This document shows, one piece after another, positions 10,701-25,700 of a stretch of 63,218 nucleotides of DNA. The stretch is from a virus (lineage: Duplodnaviria; Caudoviricetes), in IMG/VR virus record IMGVR_UViG_3300010354_000088, positions 1-63,218 of that record; one strand, written 5' to 3'. Positions within the stretch are counted from its first letter, which is position 1, and each line of letters opens with the position of its first letter. A program made the translations under genes and the position numbers. Below the pieces are notes generated by a model. The model saw only the letters and a list, made by a program, of their open reading frames with translations. It ran no database searches and was not told the origin of the DNA.

Positions 10701-13700
10701 ACTTCCTCATACCTTCTTGAGTCTTGAGAAGACTGAATTTATTTTCATAAATCTTAGTAGGATCTATCTTAGATATAAAATCTGCAAGATATTCTACATT
10801 GCCAGAAGGAGTAAGTCTTTGATTAAGATAAGCAGTAGTCATATCCATAAGAGATACATATTTAATACCATCTCTTTCAGAAACTACCACAAAAGGATCA
10901 AATGTTTTTGTGTCAAATAAACTTGAATTAAATCCAGAATCAGACAATAAACTAATCTTATCATTAGGATTAATAGCAAACTTACGTTTAATCCATCCTT
11001 TGTTAGATTCAATGTTTTTGTCAAATTGAGGATCAGCACCCATTAGGTAGTCTCTAAACTGACCTTTTATTTTAGATTCGTATTCACCACGCTTAGATAT
11101 AATTTCACGAGCTATGTCTTTGATTTGATCTCTATTGTTAAGATTTTCAAGTTCATATACTTTTCCATTTGATACAAATCTGTAATTACCATGGTTATTA
11201 TATGAATAAGACATACCAGTAAAAATAGCGTTAGAAAGCTGATTTACTGCATTTTCATTATTTACATCATTAGTAGCTTGACGTACATCTGTTCGTGCCA
11301 TAGCAGAAACAAGATCTACGTTGTCGTTTACTTTATCAACTTTAAATCCAACACCATAATATGCTTTTAATTGGTCTTCGTTAGGAGTACCTTTTTCTTC
11401 ATTTGCTTTAGAAAATTCAGCATCAGTGTTAAATACTCTAGCCATTTGATTCTCTAAGTATGTGTCTTTAAGAGCAATTTCAAACATTGAATCGCCTTCA
11501 AGATACACAGAGCTTACAGACATAATTTCATCAAATACACTTTCCATTTCAGGAGTTCTTTGAATATTAGCTCCCGCAGTTGAAAAGAAGAAATTTTTAA
11601 CTGCACTTACAAATTCACGCCAAACATCTTTAATACCCATCTTAGCTACTTCAGGATTCATAGCCGGAATAGTCATAAGGTGCTGTTGGAAAGATTTATG
11701 TGTAAATGCCTCAGTTACAAACTCTCTTGTGTTCTTAAATGGATATTCAAAGTCTTTGTTTGCAGATTTAGACTTAGTGTATTCATAAAGCTTAGTTATA
11801 TATTGAGCATATGTTCTTTCATCATTTGTAAGCTTTTGATTTTTTTCAAAACGCTGCAATACATCGGCTGTTATGCCATGATTCATTTCATGAAGAACAA
11901 ATCTTTCAGTTTTAACGCTATTGTCTGCTTCATCTGTATTAATAAATATATCATATTTAATAACTCTTCCTTCAGAATCTTTAACAGGTCTCCACACACC
12001 ACCCATTTTAGTTGGGCGGTCTTTCATGCTAAATAAACCAGGATTTTGAATTTCAGATAAAAACTCAATGTTGCCTATACTAAGTTTTTTACTAGAATAT
12101 GAATCAAGCATAGCTTTTGCAAGCAAAGCATGAGGCATGTAAAGACTATTTTCAGATACATGTCTTAATACATCTACCTGATCATTCATTCCTAAATAGT
12201 CAATATTAAGCTGACGATTATAGTTGCTTATATCGCTTCCATTAGCAGAATCAATAAATCTCTTTCTTTCTGCAAAATCAATTATATCGGCAGAAGAAAA
12301 CTCTGCATCAGCAGATACACCTTCAGAATGATTAGCATTAGCAGATTGAAGATTTTTAATAGAAAGACTAAATCCAGTCTTTCCTTCTCTTTGGAATTTA
12401 GTAAGCTCTACAATCTGTCCATTTTTAAGATAATAGAAACCATTATTGTATTTTCTACCTACATCAGTAAACAGATTTGTAATTTCATTAGGATTAATAC
12501 TTGTACGGCCAGTATTCATCAAGTCCTTAATCCTATTCATAGATACAATATGCAAAGACTTATGCATGTTGTCTATTCCAAATACTTCTTGAGCTACAGA
12601 GTTTTTAGTCCATCCTGAGAGCATATTAGACACTTTATTGTCTATACGCACATATCTATAAACAGGATTTTCTTTAGAAGCACCTTGCACAATTTCAGGA
12701 TCTTCAATTTTAACCTTCTTGAATGCTCCAAGATATTTCTTTGTAGAATACGCTTCAGTAAATTCTGCTGATTTTCCAGTAATATGACCTGAAATAGGTG
12801 TCCAAGCTTGAACGTAATCCGGGAAATCAGCTATATCTTTTGCATTTTGATTTACTGACGTTCTGTAAATAGGAATCAATCCTCCTTTATAAACAATTCT
12901 TCCTTCCTTGTCCTGAACTTCATTAAGTTGAAAGTCATTTTTAGTATTGGAATCTTTAGTTATACTAGGAAGATTGCCTAGCATATGAACAGCTAATCTA
13001 TCAGCATTATTACCACCATATCTCATGGCTATATTGTCTGCATAGATATTACTAGCTTTAGGATCAAGTCTTTTGTCAGTATTAAGCCATACGTTCATTT
13101 CATTTAAGAAATCATCGTATTGTACTAAATTGTCTTTATTTACAATAGACATTACAGAACCTTTTCTTACTATACCGCCGTCTGTAATAATACTATATAC
13201 AGAAAGACGTTTACCAAGATCAATGCCAGTAATATTATAAATAGCTTGTAAATCATCTTTTAACTTACCTACATAAGATTCATCAGCTCTGTTAAGATCT
13301 CTAAGATTTATGTATTCATCCTGATTTTCTTTAACCTCAACCGTAACATCTTTAAGGAAAGAATTAGTAATATTTCCTTCAGAATCAACAAGAGTTCCTG
13401 GCGTAAGCTCATATTTTCCAGGATTAGTTTGCATATCCCGGATAAGGTCATGAGTGGTAATAATAAATTCAAGTTGACCTGTAGGAGTCCCTACATTTTC
13501 AACTTCATTAGGATTAATTCTGTTTTTAAGACCTACAACATCACCATATTTCTCAAGATACATAGTAGAAATTACTTTCCATCTTGCAGACATAGCACTG
13601 CCATACTCGTCTTTATTATAGAATCGTGGTTTTCTTGCTTGATTTAAAAATGCTTTATCAAGATTTCTAAAGACTGGATTTTGAACCGTCTGAACCTTTT

Positions 13701-16700
13701 GCATTTTATTGTCAAAATCTACCCAAGCATTAATAAAAGATTTAATGTTAGGTAGTTTGTTAATGAGCTTTTCTGTATTGACAAAGCTTTTAAACAAATC
13801 ATTTTCACGTTTAGCAAGATCGTACTCAGAAGGAATATCTATTTCACGTTCTATTCCGGAAATCATAGCTTTCTGACTTCTCTTTTCATAGAATCTGATA
13901 TATTCATCAGGACGAACTAATTCATTAAGATTTTCAAGATAATCGTAGGTATCCCAATCACCGAACTTAACACCTTGATTAACAGAAAATACTTTAGCTA
14001 ACTTAGAAAGTCCTCTTCCAAGAGCCATTACATCTGCTACATGACGAGCTTTTTGAGAATAGTCATTAAGCCATTCTATTGTTCTGTTAAGATCGTATTC
14101 TATTGATTCATCAAGTTCAAGTTCTTCTTTTGCAGAAGATTCACTAGTTATTTTAATACCTCCATTTTCAGCTATTTCAGCCATTTCTTGATTTTCAGCT
14201 GCTTTATCAGCTTCACTTTTCAAGACTTTTCTTGGAATGTATCTTGATTTAGTGCCAAATACCTTAGAAATATTATCAACTTCTTCTAAGAAAGATTTAA
14301 TAATTTCATTTCTTTTCTTAACGTCAGTTGTAATTTTTAGAGTCTCATTAAGCTCAAAAATTCGTGCTTTATAAGTCTCAGCCATGTTCATCCAAGAAGT
14401 AGCTACTTTTTGAGAATTTCTTGATTTTTCATCTATATCTCGTCCGGCTTTAATATCATTAATAATATTAGAAACCTTGTAATCAGATAAAAATTCAACA
14501 ATTTCCATGTCTGATACACCAGCAAATTTCATTGCCATAGCAGCACTTGCTGTTGTTGGGTCAATTCTAAGTCTTCCCAAAAGATCAAGTTTACCATTAT
14601 CCACGGCAGCTTGAAGAAGACCAGCCAATGAATCCATAGTTAAGTGACCACTATCAACTCCAGTAACAGGATCTATATTAAAGAATCTTCTGTAATTTTT
14701 ACCAAGAAGATTAATGTTAAAATGATCTCCTTTAACCTTGCTAAATGCATGGTATATGTGCGAATAAACTTTAATACCATTAGCAAATATACCGGGAGTC
14801 TCAACACCTGCATTAAATGACTCAAACTGACGAGTATTAGTAACTACGTCATTTAAGAATTTAACAGCCTGAATTGAAGATACATTGCCTTTTTTGAGCA
14901 TGTTTTCTCTTATTTGCTCATATACGGATTCAAATTGATCTGTACTTACAGGACTTGTTACTGATGTAAGGTTATCAACATCATTATAATGGTCTATTGC
15001 ATTTTTAATAACTACGTTTACAGGATTTTTTTGATAAATACTTTCATATTCACCTTCTTCAATTTTACCAGAAGAAGATCCCATAAGAAGATTTTCTCCA
15101 TAGTTAGGTAAATCCAAATGATATACATGCAATTCGTCAATGTCATAGTCAGATCCATCTATAATGTTCTTTTTAGAAGAAACAAGAATAGTGTTTGAAA
15201 TGTCATTGTCAAATGCTACAATTTTACCTTTAAATCCAGACGAAGACTTAGAAGCAGGAACACGGTTAATAAAAGCATCTCTTGTTAAAATAAATGCTTC
15301 CATGTAATTAGCCATAGAATCTGCAAACTGATATCTGTCTTTAATTTCTCCATTTTTAGAAAGTTCAATTTTATTGTCTTTCATTAAAACGTCAGAAGCT
15401 AAAGATCCTTCAAGCTGATTCAAAAGACCAGCAAGAGCCATTCTTCTGTCTTCAGGACTAGATCCAAGATCTTCATACATTACTTCAGATCCATCTCTGA
15501 GTCTTAATGTAACAAAATCATCGGCATCAAACTTCTTGTAGTAAAATTCACTATTTGGATTATCGTCAAGACCAAACTTTCTGAAATTAGTAAATGACAT
15601 TACTACTTCATACGGTTCAATTTTACCACCTGATTGCTTTATGTCAGATACAATTTTATTTCTTTGCTCTGGAGTAATATCAGGAGTTTTAACCATTGTC
15701 ATTACACCATCTACATCTGCAAAGTTTTCAGCTATCTGTTCAGGAGTAAGAATGTCTTTTAAATAATCAAAAGACTCAACATCTACAAACTGATCTCCTG
15801 ATTTAACATAAGCCTTCATTGCACGAAGACCTTCATTGTCTTTTGTAAATGAATTAGCTGCGTCAGGATATTTCTGAATGAATTTGTCATATTGAGCAAG
15901 TGTCATTCTTTTCCCTGCTTTATAAGGCCCGATATCAGTAGTAAGAGTAAGCATCTCTACTAATTCTCCAGGATACTGTACGTTTGAACTTGCTGATTTA
16001 ATTTCAGGTTTAATACCCTTGTTAAATTCATTAGCAAAAGCAATACGAACAGGATCTGTAAGACCAGGAAGATTAGTGCCAAAACGAGGATCATTTAAGA
16101 TCTCCATTCGATTACCTACCGCTACTTTAGTTCTGTCAGCTACAAATGACTTAACATCAGTAGAAGATTCTGTAGATTTAGATATATCGTCACTTACTCT
16201 TGATACATTTTCAACCATAGCAGACATACTTTCTGCTGTACGATTGTAGTTATTTTGACCTACAAACAATGTTGTAGATGCCTGAGTAGGATTACTTGCC
16301 TTTTGATCTCTTGCTTCTTTGTTCAAGTCAAGGACATACAATCTTGTGTTGTAGTCCATATCAAAAGTTGATTCTTCTCCATATCTTTCTGCATTAATAT
16401 CAATAACTGAAGCACCATTTATTGTTTTAGCTACAGTAGTAGGCATAAGACGAGATAAATATGTATCCCGTATATCTATAATTCTTCCATCTTCAGTAGA
16501 AACTTGACGTGCAGAACCGCCTTCAAACATCCAATCAACAAGCTTTGCATCGTCCATTCCAAACTCTTCAAGCTTATTCCAAAGAGTGATAGACTGTCCG
16601 TTATCTATAAAGTTAACATGACTCATCATCTTTCTTTCTATGTCCATAATCTCCCTACTGTTCTTTCTGTAAGGCTTTAAGTTCATAGTAGAAGACTTCA

Positions 16701-19700
16701 TCAAGATACGCTGTCCTGTTACAATATCATTTTGGTTATGGATTTCTTTTTTATGACCAAAAGCATTTTTTACAATGTTCTGACCCAAAGAAAACTGCTG
16801 AATAATACCATCAATACCAACCTGAAACTCAAGACCATCTACTCTAGTTGTGCTGTCTGTTTTAGATCCACCCAATAGCTTAGCAATACGATTTATTGAT
16901 TTCATATTAGAATCGTTGTAAATAGCAGCTTTTTGAGTAGCCTTTACTCCAATACCATACGGTTTGATAGTGTAATGCAATCCAGGAGTAGTAATCTGAT
17001 AAGAACGAATTGCGTATGAAGAATAAGAAGGATATTGATTTTTATCTCCAATAGTTAAATCTGTAATATGATTTCCATGGTTAGCAAAAGCAAGAACATA
17101 ACTTTCATAGAATGGATTGTATTCTTTAAAAGTATAATTTTCTTTATCGTTATATCTTCTATTTAAATAATAATTGTCAAGATAATTTTGCTTTTCATTC
17201 TCAGACAATGCAGTCCATTCTTCTGGAGTAAATCTTTTTACAACCTTTACAAATCCAGCTTTTTCAATGTTATTTCCATCAAAATTCTCTCCTTCAAACG
17301 TAAAGAATGGCTTAGTTCTTTGATCTACTTTAACCTGATTTTTAAACAAGCTACTTACATAAGAATCTATTCGTCTAGAAAATGCATTTTTAAAGATCTT
17401 TTTAAGCTCTTTATTTACATTTTCATTATTGATCTTATTAGTACCTGTTGAATTTGATTCAAAAAGAACTGAGTCAATATCTAATCCATTATCAGCAAAT
17501 ACTTTTTGGATTGCTTTGTAATTATCCAAAAGGAAAATAGGATCCATAGTATTGCCAGTTACAGCATCTGTAGTCTTGTAGCGAATAGAGTTTCCGGCAA
17601 ATACACGCTTACCGAACTCTTTCAATACATTTCCTTGAGAATCTTTGTAATCAACAAACTTGTAATGCTTGTATTCAGAAACAGATGAAGACTTGTTTAA
17701 AAAGTCCATAAATGCTTCTTTAACAGTAGCATTACTGTTTATTACTTCGTCTATAAAATCCTGAACTTCTTGTGGATTATCTAAAAGATCAAGTTTATTA
17801 CGATTGTATTTAGATAAGAAACCTTCTTTTCCCGTTTCAAGTCTTCCGGTAAGAGCAAGAGATATAGTAGGATCAGCAAAAAATGCCTCTAAAGGAGTTC
17901 CTGCTGATTGATTTATAAATCTCTGAAATTCAGATACAAATGTATCTAGCGACTGAACCTGATCTCTTCTAAGCTTTTGAAGTTCTCGTGTAAATGAATA
18001 AGAGAAATAATCCCAGTTAGTCTGAGCTGATGCCTTTTGATTTTTAGATACATTACCATCTTTAATGATAATAGGACTGGCATTACTTTTCTTATCTACA
18101 CTATATTGAATATAGAAGATTTTAGAAGAGTCTCCGGTTACAGGATGCGGTACAGCATATTGATAATATGTACCATATCTTGATGTTCCAGATCCATCTT
18201 TTTTAGCACTTGCAAGACCTTCAATATAGTTGGCAATGTTACTATTAATAATTTCAGTAGGAGAATATTGGCTTACTCCTTTTCCTACAGAAGCTCTTTT
18301 AGCTCCATCGCCTACATACTGACCTCTTACTACATATTCTTGAGATCCTCCATTATAAAGAGGATTGTAAGCAAATTGATATGTAAGGTTATAATATGGG
18401 TTATTTTCAAAAGCAGCTTCGCCAAACTGACTTACACGATTTTGAAAATCATTTATAAATACATCAGATATCTTAGTGTTAAGGTCTGATTCAGTATAAG
18501 GAGAAGATATACGATCTACAAGGAAACTTGAATTTTGAATTGTATATTTCCTTTCTCCACTTGGCGATGTAAAATAATTACTTACAGAAGTTGATCTGTT
18601 AAATGATTCTACAATAGCAAGATCCTGACGATACTTCCATTCCATAATAGGAAGCTGCAACTCAGAAGAGCCATCTGTATTTTCATTATCTATGTTAACG
18701 GTGTCAAAATCAAGGTCTTTATTTTCAAAGCCTATTTTAAGCTTAGAAAGACCATCGTGAAGCATTCTTGCTAATGTAGATGAATCTACTTCATAAGAAA
18801 GGGGTTCACTATAAATACCATTTATTTGAGTCTTATTTGCAAGTCCATACAAATATGTATTGATAGTCTTACCGCTAATATCATATTTAGATATACCTAA
18901 AAACTCAAGAATATCAGAAACATTCTTTTTATTACCTCCAAAATCAGAAGGATCTGCAAACTCATACATAAACTCACCAGCAGTAGCTGTACGCTTAATA
19001 ATCTGTTTTTCTCCACCACCTTTATTGGTAATGTAGATTCCAGAATCATCTATGCGATAGCCATCTTGAGGAGTCTTGCTTTGCTTCAGATTTTGTATTT
19101 CACCTCTTTCCTGACGAATACGAAGATCATTAATCTCATGCTCTCTTAAAGACATAGATTTAGGCTCTCCATTTTCAACGTAATCTACAAGGTAAATATC
19201 ACTTACTCGATTTACCTTATTGCCTTTAATAGTTGCTACTCCATCAAATATGTCAAATAATGAAGTGGTCATATTCTTGGCAATTCTGTCCTTGATATCA
19301 GAAACGGTATTTCTCTTAGGACGGAACACTCGTATAGAACCATCAATAGGTATATACAAGTCATTTTGATAGCTAATTTGATTAGCTGATCCAGAAACAG
19401 CAAAGAACTCGTTAAGAGCGTAGTTTGCAAAGTTTCTCTTTATGTTAAATAACTCTTCAAGAGAAACACCTTCCGGAAGTACAACATCTCTATATTGAGC
19501 ATCAGAATTAATTCTTTCGAGAATTTTATCTGGATTTTTAATCCAGTCATAATAAGAGTATTCTCCTTGAGTGGAAGGATCATAAAATCCAAACTCACCA
19601 GGAAAGCTATCTCTAAAGAAAGCGTCGTATATAGTGCTCAATATATTATATTGGTTACTAGCCTCATTGCCTTCTTTAGGCTGAGTAGCTTCCATAGCAC

Positions 19701-22700
19701 GCTCTATAGATCTTCTAAAACTGTCAAAGTTATTCTCTCCTTTTGGAAGGAATCCTACATTTTTAGTAATAGAGTTAAATGCACTAATAACATTTTCAGG
19801 AGTAATAGGGGTTTTAGAACGTCTTGAAATGATATTACCACTTTCATCTTTAGAAAACTCACGATAGTCAAGAGAATTTAAAATAAGCCTCATTTGACTA
19901 GAATACCCTTTTACAGGGTTACGGCCTTCTCTTGTTGCAGAAGTAGATATAGATGATTGAGTAGTAAGTTCTGATACATCTAAAGTTCCAATATTTTCAT
20001 CAAGATCCGTATCTCCAAATTTATTACGAGCTTCTGCTGTAGTAAGGAGAATGTTTTGAGGAAATATCTTTTTAATGATAGGATCAAATACTTCCCTGAA
20101 ATCAGAATCTTTTCCTTTTGCCAATTGAGCGTATATATAAGCCCTTCTTACATCTTCAGATTTACTTGTAACTACGTCATTCCATGTAAGCTCATCCGGA
20201 GTTTTGTATGTAGGAATGGCTTCAGTAGCATTAGGATCAGATACGTTATAAACACTGTCTTTGATAGATTCGTACTTATTCATAAAAGCAGAATAAGACA
20301 TTTCTATAGCTTGAGGTATGTCACTTAATCCATCTTGAAAATAGAAAGGATCAAAAGACCTTGAAAGACGTGATTTAGTTACAATTTCTTTAGAAATAGT
20401 ATTTACAATGCCAGCTACGTTTTGTTCATTGCCAAATACTGTGCTAAGCTTTGAAATACCATTACTAGCTTTTTTATCTCTTGAAAGCTGCTTATTTGTA
20501 ACAAAATTCAAAGGATCTGCATCTGTTGATGGCTCAGACTCTTTTTGGTTAAACTCACTTAAATCATCAAATAGAGAATCTTCTTGTGCAGAAGAAAACT
20601 CATGAGAAGGCATATTATTAGTTCCAGGAGCTTCACCAGTCTTTTCAGTAGCAGATGGCCCTTTTACTTCATTAGATGATACTACAATTTGAGGGAAGTT
20701 TACATTCTTAACATCAGTAAACAACTGATCGTGAGAATTTACTGCAAATTTGCTTGATCCAGTAGTATTAGAAGAAGGGAAAGATCTGATTTTTACAGGA
20801 GAAGTATTTTCATCATAGTTTTTTTCAATGATGTCCTGAATACGCTGCATTCTTTCATAAGTAGCTTTAAGATCAATAGTCTTTGTGTTAGGATCAAAAA
20901 CCTGAACTTCATAGTTATTATATGACTTACCTCCAGCTACATCAGTTCTTTTATTAATTGAATAAAGGCTATTTCCTGTATTGTATTGATCAAAGAAATA
21001 TCTATTAGAAGTAATGAATCTATTTATGTCTTCATAGAATCCATTATTTCTAAAAGTATCATTGTCTTCAAGTCTCTTGGTATTACCAAAGTAATCTTTT
21101 ACAAATCCAACAGCATCTGCTTTTGACACTTGAGTGGATTTAATCTTAATCATTCCAACATTAGAGTTGTTTGAATTAGGATTAAGAGTATAATAGATAT
21201 AATATCCAGGTTCAAAAACTCTGTTACCATTCTGATCAGTGTATTTAGGTATTCTACTAGCTCCTAAACCTTGTTTACTTGGATCGTAAATTAAATAAGG
21301 ATCAGAGAAATAAACAGTTTTACCTTCCATCTCATGTGGATACCAACCATTTACTTTTTGTTTAGGTACAGATATTTGTTCTTCAACAGACTCAACCCCT
21401 TCTTTAGTAACAGTCTTTTTAGTCTTAGTAATTTCACTAATCTTCATCTCACGACCTTTTTCAGGAACGTAATTACCATTAGTGACTTTGTTAATTGCAA
21501 TGCTACCTAAATCAACAACTTGATTATCTCCTGATCCCGAAAGCTTTCTATAAGCTTCAACACGATCAACAAATCGCATTCTATTGATATTAAGCTCAGA
21601 TAACTTATCAGCATTTAATCCTTGAGAAGAATATAATCTATTAAAATAATCGGCAGGTGACTCTGTAGCAGGAACAGATGTTACATCCAATCCTCTGTAA
21701 GCTTCGTCAAATCCATATTCATGAGAGAATATAAAATAGCGACCATTTACAAGTGTAGGATTCTCAGTTCCAAAGAGCTCATTCTTAATCTTAGGATTTA
21801 CCCCTTCAAGATCTAATACATGGTAAATTCCATTTTGATATCTTTCAGAACTTCCTTCAAGAGCAAGATTATTGATATATATCTTACGCAGATAGTTGTT
21901 TATAGCTCTACCCTGACCTGAATTAGCAGCTATAGAATAAATATACTTTTGGAAGAAATTAGTCTTTTCTTTAACATATTTATCTTGAATAGCAGCATCA
22001 GAATGCATCTTTACAAACAAACTGCCTACTCGTGCATTTGCCAATGAATTTTGGTTAAATACAGCTTTTGTAAGAGTTTCATATTCTTTGCCCTGAGAAG
22101 GAGTATTTTCATCAGCAATAGACGTAATTTGAATACCACCGTCTTTAATTCCAGAAAGAATAGGATCATTCTGCTTAAAATCTTGAGGTTTAATCTCAAA
22201 AGTATTTACACCGTCCGTTACAGTTAAAAGTACATCTCCTGAGTTTTTAGCCTTTTTAATACCGCTTACAGTAAGCTGATTGCCGTCAGGCCCCATCATA
22301 GACTTACCAAAGTATTGATCAACAAATCCACCTTGACTATCTCCATCCCAATAGTCTTCATAAGAATCAATAGGAACAGGCTCAAAAACAACATTTCCAG
22401 GATTACTGCCTGAATATTGAGTTTGCTGGTTTACATTATTAGCAGCTTGACTTGCAGTAGGAACAGGAGGCTCTTGAACAGCAGGAGCTGGTTCTTTTAC
22501 TTCTCTTGTTAAATTAACCTGTTGTGTGGTATGAGATAAAATCTCATTAATAAGCTCTGGCTGTCTATTTGCATATTCAGTATAAGCTTCTTTAGACTTT
22601 TCTACATAATCACTCTTATCAGTAAATAATGTATCTACTTTTTGAGATACAACCTCAGATTCAGGTACTGTAGTAATAATATCAAGATAAGACTCAGCTC

Positions 22701-25700
22701 TTGAAGAAGCAGTAAGGAGAACCTTATGATAATCTGTAATATCAAAAATGTCTCCTTTTTTAATATTTACATATACACGTTCAAACTGAAATCCTTTGGC
22801 TGTTGTTTTATCGCCAAGCATTGTTCTTACAGAACCTTCAAGAACAGACTTGTCAATACCTGAACTAGACAATGTATTAATAAGCTCTAATCTATCAGCA
22901 TCTGTAGCTACAATAAATACAGTTTTTCCTGTAACGCCGTCTTTCTTTAAATCAGAAACAAAACTGTCAAGCTGCTCTTTTTGTGCTTTAAATTCATTTC
23001 CACGAAGTTTAACACCTTTTGTAGCATATCCACTTTCAGACTCAGAATATTGAGTAGAAGGATAAAGAATTTGAGCCTCTTTACCACCTTCAACGTAAGG
23101 CTCTCTAAATGCTTGCTGAATACGAACAATATCATAAACGCCTGAACGATGAACATCTGTAACAGGAGTTGTACGCTGAGATGTCAATCCAGGAGGAGTA
23201 AATGTTTCTCCACTTGATATTTGACTTTCATCAATAAGCTGAATAACCTTAAATCCTTTTTCTAAAGCTTGTTTATTAATAGTCTCTACTTGCTCTATTG
23301 TAAGTTCAGAAGCCTCGTCAATTACAAGAATACGGTCTTTAGTAGTATCAGTTAACTTATCTACTTTACCATTTAATACTTGTTCAAGAGATACAGATTC
23401 TTTATTTTCTGCATTTATTGATATAGACTCAATAGAGCTTTTTAGGTTTTCTACCTGACGAGAATGAGCTGCTGTAAATACAATATTAGAAAACTTAAAA
23501 GTAGTTGATTCTGCTTTTTTAACGGAATGATATATATCCATTATAGCAGGAAGCATAACTTTTGTCTTACCTACTCCGGCAAATCCAAGAACAGAAAGTG
23601 TATTTTCAAGGAAAGGAACAAGCTTAGCTGTTTTTGTTGAAACCTTAGCACCTGAAATAGAAGGATCCATTAAGAATGCAACTGATTCATAAACAGCTTT
23701 TTGCTGTTCAAAAGAAAGAGCTACATGATTAGGATTTTTAGTCTTAGAATACTCGTTCCAAGCATTGTATCTTTCCAAGAAAGATTTTGGAGATAAACGC
23801 TTGATATTGGTAATATTTTGAATAAATGTAGTATATGCATGAGCATTTAAACTAATATTATCAGATGCCAAACTAGACTCAAATTGTTGTACATCTCCGT
23901 AATACCAATATCTGTTATTTTCGTCTTTTACTTCTTTAGCTTTGGAGTTTACAGCTCCAAGAGCAAGAGGTTCAAGTTCAGTTCCTTTTTTGCCTTTAGC
24001 AAAAGTATTAGTAATATCTTTTACTAATCTTTCGTAAAGACCATTACCTTCTTTAGAATTAAAGATATCGTGTAGTTTACTTTCCGCAGATACTATATGT
24101 CCATAACTCTTATAAACAAGAGATGCAATTTCATCTTTTTTCTTATAATACTCTTCTTTTTCAGCATCAGAAGCTTCTCCACGGTTTAATTTATCATTAA
24201 GATCTTTTGCTCTATCTGCAACAGCATTTTGCTCATTTAAAGTATCAACGTATTTAATTAAATCGTCATTTGCAGACTGCAAAGCATCTTTAAAATCTTT
24301 AGAATAACCGCCAGTAATTATAGTAAGATGGTCAATAGTTCTTTGAGCTATATTATTTCTAAGATCAGCATCTCTTAATACAAAATTAGCATCAAACAAC
24401 TGTCTTGCTACAGAAGATATATTTAAAGCTTTGAATTTAAGCTTTATTGCTTTATTGAAAGACTCTACAAGTTTATTGTGTATGCTTCCTTTATTAGTAG
24501 GATCAAGATCAGATTTTAAAGGAGTAATGTTTTCATTAAGGCCGCTTACCTGATTATCAAGTTTACTATAAACAGTATCATTTATAGCAAGAATTTCAGC
24601 GTTAGATGCAATGTTATTTATAAGTTCATCAAGCATTGCAGCATCATTGGGATTAGAAAAATCGGATTGCTCCATTTTACTAAGAATATCCTCAAATGAT
24701 ACAAAACGAGGTTCTTCAGCAGTACCTCTGTTTACTGAAATATATGCATTTTCAAGAATTTGTCGTGGAGTAAGATTTCCTTTTTCAAATACCGAATTAG
24801 CATCAGCAGACATTTGTTCGTTAATAGAACCTAATTCTCTTAATGAATTAATTTTTCCTTTATATAAAGAATCAAATTCTGCTTTACTTTCACCAGGAAC
24901 GCTAAGAGCTACATCATTAATTGTAGCAGTTTCTTCATCATAATCAACTTTATATTTATCTGAAATCTCTTTCATTAATTGAGATTCCACTTCAGAATAT
25001 TTATTCTGAACTTCGTTAAGCATATTTTCAAATGCTGTCTTACCTAAAGCATCAACACCTACACGAAGATTACTATTATGAAGATTTTGTATTCTACCAA
25101 TTAATTCCGGAGTTACTCCTGCTTGCATATCAGCAAGAATAGATGTAAGCTCATTTGTATTTTCACCTCTTTGTTGTGCTATTACAGCAGGATCAATAAC
25201 CTTTTTTAAAGATTCATTTAATGCATCAACTGTATCAGAACCTACAGTAATAGCTTTATCCCCAAATTCTGTCTTAAATGAACTTACTTTAGGATTGAAA
25301 ATGTTAAATAAAGGATTTCCATCTTTATCTTTTGCTGAAAAATAATGAGCAGTAAGCATTCCGCTACGAACAGCTTTAGCTTCTACCTTGCTAATTCTTT
25401 TTTGCTTAGTAGCGTTTTCAACACGAACAGTTTCTTCAAAATCAGCTATAAGCTCAGTCTTTTTAGAAAGTTCTTTTTCAAGCTGAACACGCTCATTATC
25501 AGTAATTGTAGTGTCTTTAAGACGTTCTTGAATTTCATTTCTACGAACAATTATCTCAACAGCCTCTTTAGCAACTTGTGTAGGATCAATTACTTTATCA
25601 AGTAGTGCAGAATAAGATTTATCAAAATAATCTTTTAAATAACGTTTACCCTTGTCTTTAGCATTTTGATGCCATTGCTTAATGCCGGATTGTTCATAAA

